Shown here piece by piece: positions 61,012 to 64,000 of a stretch of DNA of 64,000 bases. Numbering within the stretch: position 1 is the first letter of the stretch; each line of letters begins with the position of its first letter. Made by a program: the position numbers and the translations under genes. The DNA is from Desulfomonilia bacterium (GTDB taxonomy: Bacteria; Desulfobacterota; Desulfomonilia; UBA1062). The stretch is from assembly GCA_963664325.2 (NCBI GenBank), contig CAXXDQ010000004.1, positions 480,001 through 544,000 of the forward strand. The letters are read 5' to 3'. Under the pieces are notes generated by a model that did not search any database, was not told the DNA's origin, and worked only from the letters and a program-made list of their open reading frames with translations.

Positions 61012-63582
61012 TCATTTTGGCATCAGTATCAGCATATCGGTGTATTGTTTTTTTACATTTTCTTCATTGAACGGCAGCGGGTGGGTCTTGCCCGTTATGA
61101 AATATTCCTTTGTCATGTCCTTGTAATGAGGACTGGAAGGATTACCTGACTGGCCCGGGACGGTAACGATATAAGCCGGGTCGGGTTCCCCGAAATTGAC
61201 AATCATGCGCATAGCCGGGATCTCGACTACCTCGAATGAGTTGTCGGCCCATGAAAAGCCAGCAATATTTATGGTGGCCCAGTCGCCGCCTGCAGGATAG
61301 ACTCCGGGATTGAAATAGTCATCAAAAGTCCCAAACGGGAGCGAATCGCTTATTTCATGTTTGAATTTATAATGTATCAGTTTTCCCCATTGCCAGTCTC
61401 TTGGGTCGGCGCCCATTTCCCCTTCGCAAAGAATTACTGCATCAGCAAGCGATTCAGCAATTATATCCGCCTTGGTTTCCTTTTTTTCGGTCCTGACATC
61501 ATCCCAGAAAGGGGACTCTTTCCTTGAGAGTATATGGTCTTCCGGTGCGGAATAGCCCTGGTTGTTCAATGATTCGAAAGACTCCCAGGCCGTATTGCCG
61601 TATGGTGCGTACTCGTCAAGGAATGTCTTTGCGTCTGTAAACCGTCCTGTAAGTTTTCCGAAAGACTTCCATTGGGGATTTTCAGAAGGCCCGAATTCAT
61701 CCATAAAGGTATTTATGGTTGCAGTATGGTAAAAGGCCCCCATGACCGCAGCATAGACAGAAGTCGATTTCATTATACAGTCAAAAACCTTGGGGTCCAG
61801 CAGATCCATGGCTTTTGCTGCTTTTTCCTTATCTCTCGGTGAAAGACGATCTATCGCCTTATGGATATCAAGTGCAAAATCCCCTTCAAAGAGCATTTTC
61901 TGCACCTTGTAGGCCATGAGCGAATACCGGTCCACCTGCATGCTTATCATGTCCCCCGTTGTAACATTTTTCATCGGGGCAAGAAGCGAATCTATCCTTT
62001 CAAACCGCTCGGGCTTTTCCCATGAGTTCGATATCATCACGGGATAATCTGCCGGAACCGTCATGTTATTGGCGGTCGCAAGGTAACCCTTCTGAGGGTT
62101 CATATCATGGGGCATTTTTTCAACAGGCACATATCCGGTCCAGTCATACTCACCTCCCCATCCCGGTGAAGGAAGCATTCCCCGCCCTTTCTTTCTGATC
62201 GGGCATATGCCGGAAACCTGCCAGGCTATATTGTCACTGTCGCCGTATATAAAATTCAGATACATGCAACCGATTTTCAAAATGGCCTTCCTTGTGTCAT
62301 CAGTGGTTTTTGCTTCGGAAAGATCGTAAAATCCCTCATATGTTTCGGACATTGCCTGAAACACCCATGAAAGAGACAGGCCATATTTGCTTGCGTCGGG
62401 CATGACGGCAGGAGAAAAGGGAAGCCTGCTTACATTTGTATTCAAAAGCGGACCGTGACATGTCATGGAAACAACCTTTTCAACAGGTTTATTAGATTTA
62501 ATGTTGAACACTTCTTTTCTTTGGTTCACGGGCAGCCATTCTCCTTTATAAAGGTACAGGAGTTTATTATTGTCGGTTTTGAGTTTTTCAACAAACAGGT
62601 CCTGGGTGTCAGCACAGACCATGGTTACACCCCATGCGACATGCCCGTTATAACCGAGGGCGACAATGGGAAGACCCGGAATGAGGACGCCGCCTGCTTC
62701 GTAGCCCGGGCATTTGAGATGCATAATCATCCAGTTTGAAGGGGTTGTAGGCATCAAGTGGGTGTCATTGCATATTATGGACTTTCCACCGAGGGTCTTT
62801 GCGCCCGTAAGCGCCCAGTTGTTCGATGCGGGCAAGGGTTTCGGAATTATGCCGTCAAGATTGTAAGCCGACCCGCTCTTATCTTTTTGAGGTCCCGTCA
62901 AGTCGGATAAAGGAATGTCTTCAAGCTTTTTTATCTCATCTGAGGGAAAGGGTTCTCCTGGATATACAGGGAAAAGCCATGCGGTTTTTTCAGATCCGAG
63001 CCGTGATGCAATTGTGAGGTATTCAAGCTCTTCATAAAGATTATAAGACAGGCCATAACTTATGGCGCTGAAACAGAAAAGGCTGTCGGCCGGTGTCCAT
63101 GGTTGTGGCGTGAATCCCGAAAGAACAAACTCGGCGGTAAGGTATTTTTGCGTTTTAATATATGCGTTGACACCCTTTGAAAAACTTTCGAGAGACAGCA
63201 AATATTTTTTATCAAGGCCAGCAAGGGTATCTTCCACATTTTTTCTTATTCCGAGCGTCCTGAAATATATGTCCGTTTGAAGCATATCCTTTCCGGTTAT
63301 CTCGGAAAGCCTGCCCTGCATGGCCATGCTCCTAAGGTACATCTGCCAGAGCCTGTCCGTAGCCATTGCATAACCGACACCAAAAAACAGGTCTTCTTCA
63401 CCTGCTGCTTCTATATAAGGAATGCCAAGGCTGTCCCTGCTTACAGTAACTTTATTCCTGATCCCATCAATTATTACGGTTCCTGCGGGTTTGTTGACCG
63501 AGGCATCAAATCTCTTTCTGAGCATCGCGCAAGCACTAAGGAAAATACAGGCGATGCAGAGTAGAATTATCGTTTTTTTCAT
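61012..63582 (-). CDS. Penicillin acylase/AHL acylase family (S45 Ntn hydrolase) lipoprotein
   Basis: RD..GIP.I, DRLWQM, ASNNWA, NDTHL, ATANN, GQSG.P.SPHY.D. Confidence 0.93.
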   Translation of the reverse strand: MKKTIILLCIACIFLSACAMLRKRFDASVNKPAGTVIIDGIRNKVTVSRDSLGIPYIEAAGEEDLFFGVGYAMATDRLWQMYLRSMAMQGRLSEITGKDMLQTDIYFRTLGIRKNVEDTLAGLDKKYLLSLESFSKGVNAYIKTQKYLTAEFVLSGFTPQPWTPADSLFCFSAISYGLSYNLYEELEYLTIASRLGSEKTAWLFPVYPGEPFPSDEIKKLEDIPLSDLTGPQKDKSGSAYNLDGIIPKPLPASNNWALTGAKTLGGKSIICNDTHLMPTTPSNWMIMHLKCPGYEAGGVLIPGLPIVALGYNGHVAWGVTMVCADTQDLFVEKLKTDNNKLLYLYKGEWLPVNQRKEVFNIKSNKPVEKVVSMTCHGPLLNTNVSRLPFSPAVMPDASKYGLSLSWVFQAMSETYEGFYDLSEAKTTDDTRKAILKIGCMYLNFIYGDSDNIAWQVSGICPIRKKGRGMLPSPGWGGEYDWTGYVPVEKMPHDMNPQKGYLATANNMTVPADYPVMISNSWEKPERFERIDSLLAPMKNVTTGDMISMQVDRYSLMAYKVQKMLFEGDFALDIHKAIDRLSPRDKEKAAKAMDLLDPKVFDCIMKSTSVYAAVMGAFYHTATINTFMDEFGPSENPQWKSFGKLTGRFTDAKTFLDEYAPYGNTAWESFESLNNQGYSAPEDHILSRKESPFWDDVRTEKKETKADIIAESLADAVILCEGEMGADPRDWQWGKLIHYKFKHEISDSLPFGTFDDYFNPGVYPAGGDWATINIAGFSWADNSFEVVEIPAMRMIVNFGEPDPAYIVTVPGQSGNPSSPHYKDMTKEYFITGKTHPLPFNEENVKKQYTDMLILMPK

Positions 63583-63643
63583 GTAATTCTCCTGCGCGTA
63601 CTTTAGAGAACCTTTAATTCATGCAGGTCCTGTCAGTAAAAAA

Positions 63644-64000
63644 CTATTTAAACGGGATTTCTCTTAACATAGTCCCGACAAAACCGTCTCTAAAAAATGT
63701 CTTGTAGTCTCTACCCGTCTCGGGAAGATTCAACCTTGTCGCATTGGACCAGATAACCGTTTTGCTCTTTAAATCGATTAATACGGCCAGGCCTTCAATT
63801 TCATCCTTTCTAAGATCGATAATCTGAATCGAATCCGGTGAGGCCTTGTGAAAGGTAGTCCCTGAGCCATTATCGATAATCCTGTTATTCTTATCTCTTA
63901 TGTACACCAGCGCCTGGCCTATAACAACAAGAATGGCGTCAGAGCCTGTTTTATCGGTTATAACCGAAAGACATTCTGATAAATTCATGTCAGGTTTGAA
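63644..64000 (-). CDS. 3' part of a hypothetical protein entering from the window edge
   Basis: Open frame to the edge; LID.K...VIW motif typical of lipoprotein C-termini. Confidence 0.55.
   Translation of the reverse strand, partial: FKPDMNLSECLSVITDKTGSDAILVVIGQALVYIRDKNNRIIDNGSGTTFHKASPDSIQIIDLRKDEIEGLAVLIDLKSKTVIWSNATRLNLPETGRDYKTFFRDGFVGTMLREIPFK

Overview
A ~64 kb bacterial chromosomal segment. Gene content and order (yceD-rpmF-fabD-acpP-fabF-rpiB-glyA-nrdR, an MglA-like GTPase, a REC-fused PilB/GspE ATPase, a sigma54 activator) suggest an anaerobic Desulfobacterota/deltaproteobacterium; this is inference, as no rRNA is present. The left half (0-29 kb) is accessory. It holds a sigma54-driven membrane-protein operon and a run of AT-rich defence/TA-like genes punctuated by degenerate integron attC-like sites, with no integrase in view. 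It also holds a lipoprotein with a leukocidin-like pore-forming domain plus BACON, and a two-gene SIR2 + Rad50/SbcC-like ATPase module (Lamassu/ABC-3C-like, atypical architecture). The middle (29-39 kb) is a catabolic cluster with three CrtI/phytoene-desaturase-family flavoproteins, a ferredoxin reductase, an SDR, a Tat sulfatase and an AraC regulator. The right half has housekeeping genes and a two-component/c-di-GMP cluster containing a diverged 3 x 811 bp tandem amplification. Two families of short palindromic dispersed repeats and a duplicated regulatory region are visible. Several genes, including housekeeping ones, carry frameshifts that are probably sequencing indels. No tRNA, rRNA or CRISPR array was seen. 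All family assignments come from motif recognition by eye, not from database searches.
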